Part shown: positions 40,344 to 50,012 of the stretch, piece after piece
Layout of the letters: each line of letters begins with the position of its first letter
How positions within the stretch are numbered: position 1 is the first letter of the stretch
DNA from: Arenicellales bacterium
Lineage (GTDB): Bacteria; Pseudomonadota; Gammaproteobacteria; Arenicellales; JAJDZL01
Reading direction: 5' to 3'
Length of the DNA stretch: 64,000 bases
NCBI GenBank assembly: GCA_965214785.1
Contig: OZ243975.1
Span: forward strand, 2,160,593-2,224,592
Notes under the pieces: model-generated
Told to the model about the DNA's origin: nothing
Seen by the model: the letters and a program-made list of their open reading frames with translations, nothing else
Databases searched by the model: none
Program-made: the position numbers and the translations under genes

Positions 40344-40841
40344 ATGAAAGCTATTTTTCACAAAATGCTGCTGATGTTTATGGCATTGACCTTTACCACA
40401 ACTGTGGCGATAGCGGATTCAATGCCAGGCAAAGTCAACTCAGCCGAACAAGCCGAAGCGGTTTTGGAAATGCGCAGTGAGACAATGAAACAGTTCGGAA
40501 GTGCGATGAAAGCGTTCGGTAACTTTTTAAAGCGAGGCGATGGTGAGCCACTGGAGTTGGCTGGCATGGCGGCACAGGTTGCCGAAGGCGCGTCAAAAAT
40601 TCCAAGTCTTTTCCCTGAAGCTACCGGAATGGCTGACTTCGAAGACAGTGAATCGAAAGCTGAAATCTGGCAAAACTGGGCCGACTTTGTTGCCGCAGCC
40701 GAAGCGATGGTTGAGCCGGCGATGATGGTGGAAACCGCTTTCGACTCCGAAGACAAGGGTGCTATTGGTGCGGCCGTCAAAAAATTGGGAACAGACGGAT
40801 GCAAGAATTGCCACACCCAGTTCAGGGAGAAAAAAGAGTAA
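40344..40841 (+). CDS. Class II cytochrome c (cytochrome c'/c-556 type), paralog 1
   Basis: 165 aa with a signal peptide, four-helix-bundle-type sequence and a single C-terminal heme site, CKNCH. Confidence 0.8.
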   Translation: MKAIFHKMLLMFMALTFTTTVAIADSMPGKVNSAEQAEAVLEMRSETMKQFGSAMKAFGNFLKRGDGEPLELAGMAAQVAEGASKIPSLFPEATGMADFEDSESKAEIWQNWADFVAAAEAMVEPAMMVETAFDSEDKGAIGAAVKKLGTDGCKNCHTQFREKKE

Positions 40842-40971
40842 ACACTGTGGATTTTGTGCTGCGTTATTTACTAACGAGAATTCGCCTATTGACTGATGCG
40901 CAGGTTGTGCGTACTGTCAACAATGCAAATTGCGTCATGCATCCTTTGACTTGTTCGCTAAGGCAGTCGAT

Positions 40972-41469
40972 ATGAAAAAAACCTTTCGGTCGAATTTGAT
41001 TGTATTGGCGCTGTTGATTTCGCCAATGGGTGTAACGCAGGCCGAATCAATGCCTGCGCCGGTGGAGTCGCTGGAACAGGCTGAAGCTGTGCTTGAGCAA
41101 AGAAGTGAATTCATGAAAAAGTACGGCGCTGCGATGAAAGCATTTGGAAATTATCTGAAGCGCGGCGAAGGACAACCACAGGATTTGGCTGACAGGGCAA
41201 GTCATATTGCACAAACCGCTCACGAAATCCCAGGTCTTTTTCCACCTGATACCGGAATGGACAGATTAAAAGATAGTGAATCGATGTCAAATATTTGGCA
41301 GGATTGGAAGAATTTTGTTGCTGCAGCACAAGCGACAGTAGAACCGGCGCAAGACCTTCAAGCTGCATTTAACGGGGCGGACAAAGCGGCGATTGCCAAG
41401 GCATTCAAAGCACTTGGCAAGCAAAGCTGCAGAAACTGCCATCATGAATACAGGGAGCACGAACACTAG
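40972..41469 (+). CDS. Class II cytochrome c (cytochrome c'/c-556 type), paralog 2
   Basis: I moved the start to the ATG at 40972 (MKKTFRSNLIVLALL..). It is colinear with the upstream paralog (..EQAEAVLE.RSE.MK..G.AMKAFGN.LKRG.G.P..) and has a C-terminal CRNCH. Confidence 0.8.
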   Translation: MKKTFRSNLIVLALLISPMGVTQAESMPAPVESLEQAEAVLEQRSEFMKKYGAAMKAFGNYLKRGEGQPQDLADRASHIAQTAHEIPGLFPPDTGMDRLKDSESMSNIWQDWKNFVAAAQATVEPAQDLQAAFNGADKAAIAKAFKALGKQSCRNCHHEYREHEH

Positions 41470-41561
41470 GGCTCTGCGTGATCAAGTCGTTTGGCTTTGT
41501 CGGCTTAAGTCTTACTTGAGCAGCGGCGCTGGACGCGCAGGTGTCTTAGGTTTGATACAGC

Positions 41562-42356
41562 TTATCTTGCGAAATTCACTGCCGGATACTGCTCGCTGTC
41601 TAAAGCATCACCGGTTTTCAGCTGCGGATTGACGATAAATCGATTGATTTGCACATCACGGTGGTAGGTCATATCTTCGTCGGTGTAACGAACCGCATAG
41701 CCTCTTCTGATCGCAGCAGATGTATTTGCACGCGCGCCGTGCACAATCATAGAGTCAAAGACCATGACATCTCCGGCTTGCATTTCCCAGCACAGAATTC
41801 GATGCCTGTCACGCTCGGATTCAAAATCCGGCAGTGGTTCAAACACATTATCAGTTGCGTTGTAAAATTCACCTTGGCTTCCATCTTCAACAGTGGTAAA
41901 CGGCTGATACCACTTGTTCCACAAATGGGAGCCAGCAATAAACTCAAGGGGACCGGAATTCAAGCTAATTGAGTCCAGAGCCAGCCAAACAGTAACCGCT
42001 TTCCCATTTCGCACCGGCCAGTATGGCAAATCATTATGCCACGGTGTAGCCGGGTCACCCGCTGTCTTGGCAAACACTTGATCGTAAAGCAAGTTGACTT
42101 TTGATGATTCCATGAACGCAGCAGCAATAGACGGTGTAAGTGATTCGAGACAATATTCGCGATAAGTCCGGTCGTGTTCCCAGACTCTTTGGCGATGAAA
42201 ATAATTTGCCGCCTGCGTCAGTGATTGGTCTGTGGATTCGCGCAGACGGCATAACCACGTTTCGTCAAATACAGACTTTAGCAAAACTGCGCCATCTTCC
42301 TTGTAGGCACTGAGGTCTTGCGCAGTGACGACGTATTGTTGAGTTGTTTTTGTCAT
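41562..42356 (-). CDS. Phytanoyl-CoA dioxygenase (PhyH) family Fe(II)/2-oxoglutarate oxygenase
   Basis: 264 aa. ..YKEDGAVLLKSVF.., ..WHNDLPYWP.. (the HxD iron ligands), ..MIVHGARAN... Confidence 0.8.
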   Translation of the reverse strand: MTKTTQQYVVTAQDLSAYKEDGAVLLKSVFDETWLCRLRESTDQSLTQAANYFHRQRVWEHDRTYREYCLESLTPSIAAAFMESSKVNLLYDQVFAKTAGDPATPWHNDLPYWPVRNGKAVTVWLALDSISLNSGPLEFIAGSHLWNKWYQPFTTVEDGSQGEFYNATDNVFEPLPDFESERDRHRILCWEMQAGDVMVFDSMIVHGARANTSAAIRRGYAVRYTDEDMTYHRDVQINRFIVNPQLKTGDALDSEQYPAVNFAR

Positions 42357-42642
42357 GTTGTAGTCCGAGTGGCTTTAGCCGATTTGACCAGTACGCTATA
42401 AAATTCAAAGCGCGGACAAGCCGTGGTTTCCAGAAAACGCCTATTTTAAGCAAGAAATCATCGAAAATTTGAAAATTAATGATGCCGATTAGATATCGAT
42501 ATTGCGCCGATTTGTGCGAGAATTTCAGGAATTCTATAGTCGAATGGCCAACCGCTGAATTGCCATATGTTCGCCTGACAAATTGTCGTTCTCGATATCA
42601 ATTCGTCTGGACGATGACCCAATTATTGGCTGGTGTCGAAGC

Positions 42643-43230
42643 ATGAACCGGGTTTCGGTTCATCCCTCTATGATCCGTTGGGCACTTGAGCGTGCGCAAA
42701 TGGATGTGCATGACCTGACGCATCGCCTGCCTGGATTAGCACACTGGGAGACCGGAAAACGCAAACCGACACTTAAACAGCTTGAAGACTTTGCCAAGGC
42801 TACCCGCGTTCCCTTTGGGTATATGTTCTTACCCGAACCTCCCGAAGAGAAATTACCGATTCCTGACTTCCGAACTATTCAAGGTGAAGTTCGCCGCCCA
42901 AGCCCAGACCTGCTTGATACCATCTACACAATGCGACGTCGTTCAGCCTGGCTTCGTGAAGACCGAATTGAATGCGAAGCCGATTCACTTGACTTCGTAG
43001 GGAGCGCACGACTTCATCACAATCCGCAAGCGGTTGGACAACAGATGCGTCGCTTTATGGGCATAAGTGATGCATCTTTTACTGATGCGGATACGTGGGT
43101 CGAAGCAATAGGAAAATTACGCAGTGCAATCGAGCAATTAGGAGTGATGGCGGTAATTAACTCAGTGGTAGGCAATAACAGCTACCGAAAATTAAGGATG
43201 GAGGAATTTCGAGGACATGCTTTTTATTAA
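42643..43230 (+). pseudogene. Truncated XRE-HTH / ImmA-IrrE family protein (metallopeptidase half missing)
   Basis: MNRVSVHPSMIRWALERAQMDVHDL..HWETGKRKPTLKQLEDFAKATRVPFGYMFLPEPP.. is the typical N-terminal half. The ORF stops at ..EEFRGHAFY, just before where the HExxH peptidase domain normally begins. Confidence 0.6.
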
Positions 43231-43388
43231 GGGCCACTCGGTGTTCAATACACATGGGCAAAGCCAATTTGCTTAATCCGAGATTCAAAGATTGGTAAGC
43301 TTGAAGGGGCAGGTGGTTGATTGGTAAGCAGGCATCAACTCCAAAACTTATTGAATTGATCGCGCAATCTAATTGGCACGCGCGCAGG

Positions 43389-43952
43389 TTATTTGTCCGC
43401 TACTGAACTGCCCGAGAGAATCTGTCGTGCTTGCGTTTCGTGTTGTACCTCAATATGACTATCTGGTTGGACGAATTGCTCGGGAAATAAGATCTCGTAG
43501 GAATCTGAATAGCCGTCGTCAATGATGACAAATCGTTCAATATCCGAACTTGAGTCGATATACTCTTTCACCTCTCCAGCCCGATAATATGGAGCTGTGC
43601 CTCCCTCTGGCGTCTTATCTGTGACATACTGATCAAGGTCGTAAATACGAAAAAAAGCCTTAAGTGTGTCCATGGGGCTATAGCGACGCCAATCTGAGAT
43701 AATTACGATCTCCGCTTTGAAGTCTTGGCACAGACCGCGCAGCGCTTCCACCGCCTCTTTATTCCAATCGTAGTAGACCGCCGCCAGATCATATTCGTCT
43801 ATTTCCAAATACGAATCATCATTGAAATCTTCGGCAATTTTTCGGCGCAGTGCCTTGCGATCATGCCTAAAACGCGCCTGATTCACCGGCGGTTGAAGAA
43901 CCCCGTCGATATCCAAAAAGATAACTGTACGACCTCGCTGCTGTTGGTTCAT
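43389..43952 (-). CDS. HAD-superfamily hydrolase (HAD_SAK-like stand-alone domain)
   Basis: I placed the start at ATG 43952 (MNQQQRGRTVIFLDIDGVL..), which has AAGGAGA 8 nt upstream. The DxDGV motif and ..VIISDWR.. / ..FVIIDD.. motifs are present. Confidence 0.7.
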   Translation of the reverse strand: MNQQQRGRTVIFLDIDGVLQPPVNQARFRHDRKALRRKIAEDFNDDSYLEIDEYDLAAVYYDWNKEAVEALRGLCQDFKAEIVIISDWRRYSPMDTLKAFFRIYDLDQYVTDKTPEGGTAPYYRAGEVKEYIDSSSDIERFVIIDDGYSDSYEILFPEQFVQPDSHIEVQHETQARQILSGSSVADK

Positions 43953-44299
43953 AAGAACTTTCTCCTTATTCGAATTATGCAATGTTCCTTTCGCATTCCT
44001 TTCGTATTAATCGTGCCGTCGTCATGACTGATTGAAATATCCAAAGCTTCTAACTTCTCACTGATCTGCCGAACTCGACCAACCTCACCTTTGGATTGTA
44101 ACTGAGTTAATGTTGAGACAAAAGTCGTTTGTTGTGACTTAAAATAGACCCTATCTGGTTTGCAGATTATTTCATTGTTTGTTGAAAATGACGATTCATG
44201 GGTTTCGACCATCGTATTGCACACACTGATAAATTCATGTTTAACTTCTACCGCACAGGTAACCGACGCGATCGCGCAGGAGTCTAAGAGGTGAAACAT
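43949..44299 (-). CDS. Hypothetical protein, translationally coupled to the HAD gene
   Basis: ATGA stop/start overlap with the HAD gene at 43949-43952. No recognisable family. The start is uncertain: ATG 44299 overlaps the divergent TPR gene, and ATG 44212 is the alternative. Confidence 0.35.
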   Translation of the reverse strand: MFHLLDSCAIASVTCAVEVKHEFISVCNTMVETHESSFSTNNEIICKPDRVYFKSQQTTFVSTLTQLQSKGEVGRVRQISEKLEALDISISHDDGTINTKGMRKEHCIIRIRRKFL

Positions 44300-45967
44300 C
44301 GATATAACCTAGGAGAATATTTCAAATCCATCGAACAATCCTCCGATGAGTACAAAACCTGGTTTAACCGGGGCATGGTGTGGCTGTATGGATTTGATTT
44401 GGAGATGGCGTTTCGATGCTTTCAGCAAGCATCAAAGCTCAACGAGCAGTCCGCGATTTCGTTGTGGGGGATGGCTTACACGTCAGGCATCTACTACAAC
44501 AAGCCATGGTCGCGCATGCAAGAAGACGAACTGGTCGAAAAACTGCAACAAACCTATGAATACTCCCGACTGGCAATGCGAAAAATCTCCTTCGCATCGA
44601 ATCGCGAAGCGATGATGATAGAGGCTTTGCAGGCCCGTTATCAATCACCCGTTGCGGTCGAATCGCAGCAATACGATTCGTGGAATGACGCCTATGCCGA
44701 TAAGATGCGTGAAGTGTATCGGAATTTTCCGGATGACGACGATATCTGCGCACTGTTTGCCGAAGCCCTGATGACCAGAACTCCATGGGCGCTTTGGGAA
44801 TTGCGCTCGGGTCAGCCGGCACAAGGAGCATCAACGCTTGAGGCGATTGATGTTCTTGAAAAAGCGATGGCGAGAATCGATAAAGACCAAAAAGTGCCGC
44901 ATCCGGGCGTCTTGCATATGTACATCCACGTCATGGAAATGTCCCGGACTCCGGAAAAAGCCTTGCGCGCAGCAGACCAGCTTCGCCAGCTGGTACCCGA
45001 CTCAGGGCATCTGTGTCACATGCCTTCTCACATTGATTCGCGTTGCGGACACTACTACGAAGCTATCGAAGCGAATAACCGGGCAATCGAGGCCGATCGC
45101 GTCTACGTAAAAAATGAAGGAGCCCTAACCTATCATGCACTTTCAAGAATTCACAACATCCACCTGAAAATTTATGCCGCGATGTTTCTCGGTCAATTTC
45201 GCACCGCATTCGATGCCAGTGAAGATCTGATAGCCACCATACCTGAGCAATTGCTGCGAATTGAAAACCCTGCAATGGCAGACTGGGGAGAAGGCTACAT
45301 CGGTGTAAAGGCACATGTTCTGATTCGCTTCGGTCGCTGGCAGGACATCATCGACCATGCAATGCCTCATGACCCGGAACTGTATGCGATGACTACCGCT
45401 GTGTGGCGATATGCAAAGGGCATTGCGCACGCAGTTCGAGGTGAGATTGACGAGGCCACGCTCGAACAGGAAAAATTTCGCAAGGCGCTGAACAATGTCC
45501 CAGACACCCGCTATTTGTTTAACAATTCGTGCAAGGACGTATTAAAAATTGCAGATCAAATGCTAATCGGAGAACTGGCCTATCGACAGGCAAACTACGA
45601 AGTGGCCTTTGATGCATTACGCAAAGCCGTTTATTTAGATGACAATCTGAAATACGATGAACCTTGGGGCTGGATGCAGCCTGCCCGTCACGCATTGGGT
45701 GCGCTGCTGCTTGAGCAAGACCGCGTCGAAGAGGCAAAACAAATATATATGGATGACCTCGGATTGTCGGACACGCTGGTCAGCACTTCTCATCATGTTG
45801 AAAACATGTGGAGCCTGCACGGGCTGGTAGAGTGTTTGGAGCGACAGAACAATCCAGTCGAAGCGAGACTGTTTCGTACGCGGCTGCATCTCGCTCAGGC
45901 AAGAGCCGATGTCGAGATTGAAGCTTCGTGTGCCTGTCGAGTGCACAAGCATTGTGGGAACCGGTGA
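44291..45967 (+). CDS. TPR-like all-helical protein of unknown function
   Basis: 558 aa from a GTG start, the only start after the in-frame stop at 44285. ..WFNRGMVWLYGFDLEMAFRCFQQA.. and a helical-repeat character throughout. Confidence 0.7.
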   Translation: MKHRYNLGEYFKSIEQSSDEYKTWFNRGMVWLYGFDLEMAFRCFQQASKLNEQSAISLWGMAYTSGIYYNKPWSRMQEDELVEKLQQTYEYSRLAMRKISFASNREAMMIEALQARYQSPVAVESQQYDSWNDAYADKMREVYRNFPDDDDICALFAEALMTRTPWALWELRSGQPAQGASTLEAIDVLEKAMARIDKDQKVPHPGVLHMYIHVMEMSRTPEKALRAADQLRQLVPDSGHLCHMPSHIDSRCGHYYEAIEANNRAIEADRVYVKNEGALTYHALSRIHNIHLKIYAAMFLGQFRTAFDASEDLIATIPEQLLRIENPAMADWGEGYIGVKAHVLIRFGRWQDIIDHAMPHDPELYAMTTAVWRYAKGIAHAVRGEIDEATLEQEKFRKALNNVPDTRYLFNNSCKDVLKIADQMLIGELAYRQANYEVAFDALRKAVYLDDNLKYDEPWGWMQPARHALGALLLEQDRVEEAKQIYMDDLGLSDTLVSTSHHVENMWSLHGLVECLERQNNPVEARLFRTRLHLAQARADVEIEASCACRVHKHCGNR

Positions 45968-46010
45968 GATAATCCCGCTAGCCGATCATTGGGCATTTCT
46001 AAAAGATTGA

Positions 46011-46568
46011 TTATTCGTTCAGTACTGCCCAGATTTCGGGACGGTGCTGTTTGATTTCATCTTCACCGAGCCCCTCCAGTGAGTGGGGAAACTTAATCCA
46101 CTTTGAGGTTTCGTGCAGGTAATAGTCAGGTGCCCTGCCGATTTCATTGCGTGTTGGCTTGTACCACGGGACAGCGACACGAATTTCGCGAGGCGTGTTC
46201 AAGCGAGCTTTTCGTCGCAGCTTGTCGATCACCGTTTGAATCGTATAACCGGTATCGAAGACATCATCAACCAGAAGCAATCGATCTTCAGCATTGACTC
46301 GATCGACCAAATATCGCAGGCCATGAACCCGCACCTGATGGCCTCGCTGATCAATGGATTGATGGTAGGACGAAGTTCGAATAGCAATATGGTCAGTTTC
46401 GGTTCCAGACCAGGCAAGAACTTCCTGAACTGCAATTCCAATCGGGGTACCACCTCGCCAGATGCCGACAATGAAGCTGGGCTTGAAGCTGCTGTTTACG
46501 ATCATCGCTCCAAGACGCATGGCGTCAACGAGCAAGTCCTCAGCGTGAACGTATAGTTTTTCTGTCAT
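46011..46568 (-). CDS. Phosphoribosyltransferase-fold protein, paralog A
   Basis: 185 aa. ..FIVGIWRGGTPIG.. and the PRPP loop LLLVDDVFDTGYT. Confidence 0.8.
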   Translation of the reverse strand: MTEKLYVHAEDLLVDAMRLGAMIVNSSFKPSFIVGIWRGGTPIGIAVQEVLAWSGTETDHIAIRTSSYHQSIDQRGHQVRVHGLRYLVDRVNAEDRLLLVDDVFDTGYTIQTVIDKLRRKARLNTPREIRVAVPWYKPTRNEIGRAPDYYLHETSKWIKFPHSLEGLGEDEIKQHRPEIWAVLNE

Positions 46569-46717
46569 GGCAATCGAACTTGTTAAAATTCAACCACTAA
46601 AATTGTCTGTTGATTATTAATTATCTGTTATCGCCAGCCAAACTCACTGCTTGACCAGCTCGCAATGTCATTTACAATCGCCGAATGCTAATCGAATAGT
46701 TGCTCGACCAAATTTGA

Positions 46718-47344
46718 ATGAAAACCGATTCTTCCAGTAACATGTCAAAAATCTTCGATCAGCAAAAATTAAACAATATTTACATTGATGAACAGTCACT
46801 GATTCTCGACAGTTTCCGGCTTGGCCGCAGTGTTTACAAAAGTGAATTTCAGCCAGATTTTATCGTCGGAATTTGGCGTGGAGGCAGTGCAGTTGGTATT
46901 GTTGTTCAGGAATGCATGCAATATCTGGGAGTTGAAACCGACCACATTGCCATTCGAACATCCTATCGCGGTATGCAGCATTATGCCCATATGATCGAAG
47001 ATGCTGACGCCATCCGCGTCCATGGCTTGGATTACTTGGAAGACCGGCTTGAATCAAATCATCGCCTGTTGCTGGTTGACGATGTATTTAGCAGCGGATA
47101 CAGCATTCAGGCTGTAAAGAACGCCTTAAGTAGCAAATTACGCCGTAACATGCCAAAACAAGTACGTGTTGGCACTGTTTGGTACCGACCTGTAGAAAAT
47201 CGACCCAAACCAGACTTCTATATCAATGAATCGAACCGCTGGCTGGTGCTGCCATACGAACTGACTGGTCTGGATTTGGAGCAAATTCGCAAACACAAGC
47301 CATGGGCTGCACCGGTAATCGAAACCATTGATTCGCCAAAATGA
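46718..47344 (+). CDS. Phosphoribosyltransferase-fold protein, paralog B
   Basis: 208 aa, colinear with paralog A (..FIVGIWRGGSAVG.., LLLVDDVFSSGYS). ATGA overlap with the downstream DMGDH-like gene. Confidence 0.8.
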   Translation: MKTDSSSNMSKIFDQQKLNNIYIDEQSLILDSFRLGRSVYKSEFQPDFIVGIWRGGSAVGIVVQECMQYLGVETDHIAIRTSYRGMQHYAHMIEDADAIRVHGLDYLEDRLESNHRLLLVDDVFSSGYSIQAVKNALSSKLRRNMPKQVRVGTVWYRPVENRPKPDFYINESNRWLVLPYELTGLDLEQIRKHKPWAAPVIETIDSPK

Positions 47345-49752
47345 AAGACTCAGCGCAAGTTGCAATCATCGGTGGAGGAGTGGTCGGCTGCTCAATTGCC
47401 TATCACTTGGCAAAAAACGGTTGGACCGATGTGGTTTTGGTTGAGCGCCAAGAGCTCACTAGCGGGTCGAGCTGGCATGCAGCCGGCGGATTGTTTACCG
47501 TCACTCGTCCGAATTTTGTTGCGCAAATTCACAAGTACACCTACGAAATCTATGCAGAGCTTGAAATACAAAGCGGTCAATCCTGCGGGTTTCATGTAAC
47601 TGGCGGACTGAATTTATGTCGCACCCCCCAAGAAGTCGATAGCAACCTCATGCTGCAGAGCGCTTGCCGAAGACTCGGACTGGAAAGTTACTTTATCTCA
47701 CCGAACGAGGCGCGCGAAAAAGCACCGGTGCTTGCGAGCGAAAATCTGATCTGCGCACTTTGGGAAAAAGACGGCGGACACGTAGACCCTGCTTCGGCAA
47801 CTCAGGCGTTTGCAGCAGCAGCGCGGAAACTGGGCGTCGAAATATACCGCCATACACCGGTGATTCGAACCGAGTGGCAAAATGACAGAACCTGGCTGGT
47901 CGGAACCGAAAAAGGCGATATTAAAGCGCAGTACGTCGTCAATGCAGCTGGGTTGTGGGGACGTGAAGTCGGTGCACTGGCGGGCATCAAGCTGCCGCTT
48001 ATGCCGGTAGAGCATCATTATCTGGTCACCGAAAACATTCGTGAAATTGAAAATCTGGACTTTGAACTGCCGCAGATCAATGACAATGAAATTGGTGTTT
48101 ACGCACGACAGGAAGGCCAGGGACTGCTGTTCGGAGCATACGAGAAAAATTGTACGCACTGGGCTAAAGACGGCACGCCGGCTGACTTCGGACACGAACT
48201 GCTGGCCAACGACCTTTCCCGGATGGAGTGGAATTTCGAAAAAGCCGTCGAAATGATGCCGTGCCTCGGTGAGGCGGGAATCAAACGAATCATCAATGGC
48301 CCGATGATTTTTTCTGCGGATTTGGGCCCGCTTCTTGGACCGCATCCTGAACTTGAAAACTATTTCTGTGCGAACGGCGTGATGACAGGTTTCAACCAGG
48401 CAGCAGGCATTGGCAAAGTTATCTCAGAGTGGATTATTCAAGGTGAACCGGAATTTGACATTACACCCTGGGATGTGGCTCGTTATTCAAATTGGACTTC
48501 TCAACACTACACCGAAGCGAGGACGAAGTATTTTTACGAGAACCGGTCAGAAAAAATTTATCCGTACCAGGAGTTCGATGTCGGCCGGCCACTTGAAAAA
48601 CCACCGGTTTACGACGCTCTACAAGTAGCCGGAGGCGTATTTGGCGAATCATTCGGACTTGAACACGCAAATTGGTTTGACCCCAACAACATCGGTTCGC
48701 GCGATACCCTTACGTTTCGCAAGCCAAACTGGTGGCAATTCGTAGTCGATGAAGGCAAGCGCATCCGCAATGAAGTTGGCCTTATGGAATTTTCGGCAAT
48801 GGCGAAATTTGAAATCACCGGCAAGGGCGCCCAAACCTGGTTGAACTTTGTGATGACAAACCGTATGCCGCCACCGGGGAGAATGAAACTGACGCCGATG
48901 CTTTCTGAAAACGGACGAATTATCGGGGATTTGTCTGTTTCCTGTTTGGATGAAAACCACTTCTTTGTACTTTCAGCAGACTATATGCAGCTCGCACATC
49001 TAAGGCACATGCGTCGGTTCCTGCCAACAGACGAAGTCAGCGTGAAAAATGTCTCATCGCACTATAGCGGTTTGCATATCTGCGGCCCGCAAGCCCAGAC
49101 TCTGATTGCCCGGCTGACTGAAAAGTCGATGGATACAGAGAATTTTCCGTTTATGAGTGCCGCGCGAGTTTGCATTGGCGGAATCAATGACGTCATTACA
49201 CTTAGGGTTTCGTATACCGGTGAGACCGGTTACGAGATGTATCTGCCTCGCGAACATCAACTCAAACTGTTCGACCTGCTGATGCGCGAAGGACAAAGTC
49301 TTGGAATCGCTCTGGTAGGGACAAGAAGTCTAATGATCACGCGACTTGAGAAGAGCTTTCCAGCGTGGGGACTGGAAATATCCCCGGACTACACCACCGT
49401 TGAAGCGGGTGTGCACCGCTTCGTCAATCTGAATAAAGGTGATTTTATTGGTAAAAAAGCAGTGCTCAATAGCCGACCACCCCGAGAGAAAATGGTCACC
49501 TTAACCACACAGGACACACAAACGCCAATATGGGGTGATGAAGCAATTTTTATGGATGGCGAGCCGGTTGGATATGTCACATCCAGCGGATTCGGGCCGC
49601 AATCTCAATGTCAGATATCTTTGGGCTACATTGATGTAGACGCACACAGTGCAAGAGGCAAATTCACTGTAGAAGTTCTCGGCAAATTTATTGAAGCTGA
49701 ACTTCACGATCAGCCGTTATATGATCCGACTGGAAGCAAAATGAGATCATAG
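47341..49752 (+). CDS. Dimethylglycine/sarcosine dehydrogenase-like flavoprotein (DAO domain plus GcvT-type folate-binding domain)
   Basis: 803 aa. FAD fold VAIIGGGVVGCSIAYHL, and a C-terminal aminomethyltransferase-like region with RVSYTGETGYEMYLP. Confidence 0.88.
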   Translation: MKDSAQVAIIGGGVVGCSIAYHLAKNGWTDVVLVERQELTSGSSWHAAGGLFTVTRPNFVAQIHKYTYEIYAELEIQSGQSCGFHVTGGLNLCRTPQEVDSNLMLQSACRRLGLESYFISPNEAREKAPVLASENLICALWEKDGGHVDPASATQAFAAAARKLGVEIYRHTPVIRTEWQNDRTWLVGTEKGDIKAQYVVNAAGLWGREVGALAGIKLPLMPVEHHYLVTENIREIENLDFELPQINDNEIGVYARQEGQGLLFGAYEKNCTHWAKDGTPADFGHELLANDLSRMEWNFEKAVEMMPCLGEAGIKRIINGPMIFSADLGPLLGPHPELENYFCANGVMTGFNQAAGIGKVISEWIIQGEPEFDITPWDVARYSNWTSQHYTEARTKYFYENRSEKIYPYQEFDVGRPLEKPPVYDALQVAGGVFGESFGLEHANWFDPNNIGSRDTLTFRKPNWWQFVVDEGKRIRNEVGLMEFSAMAKFEITGKGAQTWLNFVMTNRMPPPGRMKLTPMLSENGRIIGDLSVSCLDENHFFVLSADYMQLAHLRHMRRFLPTDEVSVKNVSSHYSGLHICGPQAQTLIARLTEKSMDTENFPFMSAARVCIGGINDVITLRVSYTGETGYEMYLPREHQLKLFDLLMREGQSLGIALVGTRSLMITRLEKSFPAWGLEISPDYTTVEAGVHRFVNLNKGDFIGKKAVLNSRPPREKMVTLTTQDTQTPIWGDEAIFMDGEPVGYVTSSGFGPQSQCQISLGYIDVDAHSARGKFTVEVLGKFIEAELHDQPLYDPTGSKMRS

Positions 49753-50012
49753 TTCCAGAAAAAAATCGGTTTAGTCGCCTAATCAGCCGGCTAAGTTTGC
49801 ACAGTGTGTTATAAAAATTCCTCAAACAATTGTGTAAGGCCTGCGGCTTCGGTATCATCCGCAAGCGAAAACCAATGGGTTCAGATGTGTGGCCAGGTTT
49901 ATCAGTCTCAGCTGTCACTGACGTCGATAACACAGCACTACTGAACGAATTTTCGACAGCAAATGAACACGGCAACGACGGTTCAGAGAATAACAAGCAG
50001 AGCACAAAAAAG

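Noticed and set aside
49830-50012. N-terminal extension of the MttB ORF from 49830 (MCKACGFG..)
   Set aside because: The family-typical basic N-terminus begins at MTRRNSRAKANR (ATG 50013). The upstream 61 codons have no family similarity.
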